From Takakia lepidozioides (taxonomy: Eukaryota; Plantae; Bryophyta), in NCBI GenBank assembly GCA_030704615.1, contig CM060733.1, forward strand, positions 15,438,001-15,502,000: DNA of 64,000 nucleotides. The letters are read 5' to 3'. Made by a program: the position numbers and the translations under genes. The notes beneath the pieces are model-generated. The model was not told where the DNA came from, did no database searches, and worked only from the letters and a program-made list of their open reading frames with translations. The first letter of the stretch is position 1. Every line of letters begins with the position of its first letter. Positions 63,385-64,000 of this stretch are shown here, one piece after another.

Positions 63385-64000
63385 GTCAAGAGGATTATTT
63401 TCATTTTAGATTCCAGCTTATTTGTCATTGATCCAGTGAGAGGTTTCACTCAAGGATGCATACGCAGAACCTTCAAGATGGATGCAAATAAACTTGACCT
63501 AGATCCCTACGGGTTGAGTGAGGTGGGCCTTTCACCAACTGCTTTGGTTATTGAGAGACAACACGGAGGGAGGGGCTGGTTTGGATGACTCTAGTTTGGC
63601 ACTTGTCCTGGTGGCAATGTAGCCTAGGTGTTCCCTTCAGCTGCTGTATGGTAGCGGAATTCTTAGGGGTGGATTGACAAAATAGAGCTGTTCCCTTAGT
63701 ACGGGCTGAGGCTCATCTGCAGTTCCAAATCTTCAGAGATTGGCAAGATGTACCTTTATCAACTTCTGCATTTTGGGGGTAAACATCATCACCTTTGTAG
63801 TCTTGGAAGCATTCTCTCTCCCCAATTTTGTATGGATGAGCTAGCCTTGATAGCCTGGAAAAGTGTGGAACACAAGCATGAAGGGTGCCACAGCAAACAC
63901 TCAAAGGCTCATGTTCTCACATGTGGAATGTTGCAGAACAATGTTTGCTATCTCTCTCTCGGAAGAAACCTCGCCTTTTAGACTACTGGTCATAGGCTTT

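Noticed and set aside
1-64000. tRNA or rRNA genes
   Set aside because: None recognised by eye; a covariance-model scan was not possible.

Overview
Nuclear DNA from a land plant, probably a non-seed plant (inferred from the expanded PLS-DYW PPR family, spliceosomal introns and transposon types; the species cannot be named from the sequence). The left part (1-18 kb) is a cluster of PLS-class PPR-E-DYW RNA-editing-factor genes: one intact (minus strand, ending at 8767), one pseudogene (+, 151-2513) and further debris, interrupted by Ty3/gypsy fragments. The main observation is that both long PPR-DYW genes are joined in frame at the N-terminus to a PDF motif, the ssDNA-binding repeat of organellar OSB proteins (LW..FF..P..WWDNR..K / .P+.PDFKHK....LW....P.WV...L). 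For the intact gene, GT-AG splicing (exons 12480-12456, 12326-12229, 11985-8767) rebuilds a full PDF motif ahead of 23 PPR motifs and a DYW deaminase. Two decayed PDF units lie further upstream, and an unfused copy at about 39 kb shows where the fusion junction is. The rest of the window holds a 5-exon GDSL lipase gene, an AKR2-like ankyrin gene, the start of an F-box/kelch gene, a RanGAP pseudogene fragment, decayed Mutator-like elements, LTR pieces, a G-rich minisatellite, a Crinkler-like NTPase remnant and a tailless ~40-bp retroposon family with 14-bp target-site duplications. All calls come from manual reading; no searches were run.
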